DNA from: an uncultured Selenomonadales bacterium
GTDB taxonomy: Bacteria; Bacillota; Negativicutes; Selenomonadales; Selenomonadaceae
DNA: 51,858 nt
Assembly (NCBI GenBank): GCA_946543495.1
Contig: CAMNLS010000001.1
Span: 1-51,858, forward strand
Direction: 5' to 3'
The translations under genes were made by a program, and so were the position numbers. The notes beneath the pieces were generated by a model that did not search any database, was not told the DNA's origin, and saw nothing but the letters and a program-made list of their open reading frames with translations. Shown here piece by piece: positions 51,857 through 51,858 of the stretch (its first letter is position 1; the number at the start of each line of letters is the position of its first letter).

Positions 51857-51858
51857 GC
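51764..51858. repeat. Perfect 39-bp tandem repeat, at least 2.4 copies, truncated by the window end
   Basis: Unit 'cgtcgtaagtcctgcggtcagttgagttagtcctctcgt'. Positions 51765-51803 equal 51804-51842, and 51843-51858 start a third copy, with no mismatches. Confidence 0.9.

Noticed and set aside
1-51858. Avoidance of GAATTC as evidence that the EcoRI-methylase-like MTase has EcoRI specificity with a cognate restriction partner.
   Set aside because: GAATTC occurs many times across the window (for example near 1125, 7345, 12996, 14631, 20104, 24125 and 28281), so there is no obvious depletion. Family membership does not fix the recognition site, so no specificity claim is made.
1-51858. A mobile genetic element or prophage carrying the defence-like clusters.
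   Set aside because: I found no integrase, transposase, recombinase, tRNA attachment site or flanking direct repeats. Both candidate systems are embedded between housekeeping genes. Compositional anomalies were not computed.

Overview
This is a 51.9-kb chromosomal window with no rRNA, tRNA, CRISPR array, integrase or transposase that I can recognise. It probably comes from a diderm, LPS-containing, Firmicute-like bacterium (Negativicutes-like). I infer this from Firmicutes-type yggS-sepF-ylmH-divIVA-lspA-rluD synteny and a BofA-like gene sitting alongside a secretin, an LptD-like protein and heptose/LPS genes. Contents from left to right: (1) A minus-strand three-gene restriction/defence-like module (EcoRI-type N6A methyltransferase, small Fic protein, DUF262-HNH nuclease) lies directly behind a TrkH-type K+ transporter. 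(2) cbiL. (3) A Tad/Flp pilus locus in non-canonical order (cpaB, secretin, two TadZ/CpaE paralogues, tadB, flp, tadE, tadA/cpaF, tadC) is followed by a Cache-HAMP-GGDEF cyclase. (4) rplM-rpsI. (5) An envelope block holds a BofA-like protein, a secreted repeat protein, an LptD-like OMP, an ArnT-like GT, a GNAT, hldA, hldC and a GT9 heptosyltransferase. (6) An HxlR regulator, an OYE/alpha-beta-hydrolase chimera, a short-repeat array and an LtaS-like sulfatase. (7) Lactate permease, rluD, lspA, divIVA, ylmH, sepF, yggS, a CNNM/CorC transporter and def. (8) The most interesting locus is a tightly packed minus-strand operon. It encodes a Ser/Thr kinase, two tandem TerY-like vWA proteins that both end in (D)EEW, a PP2C phosphatase, a GrpE-like protein with a novel N-terminal region, and an Hsp70-like ATPase with a truncated substrate-binding domain. 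(9) cbiE, a cyclase/formamidase, cbiB, a YdjC deacetylase and GtrA. (10) A second uncharacterised cluster holds a partial ORF with perfect 39-bp repeats, a YrbL-like kinase-fold protein, a 4-TM protein and a tubulin/FtsZ-like GTPase. All functional calls come from motif and family recognition by eye; no database search was run.
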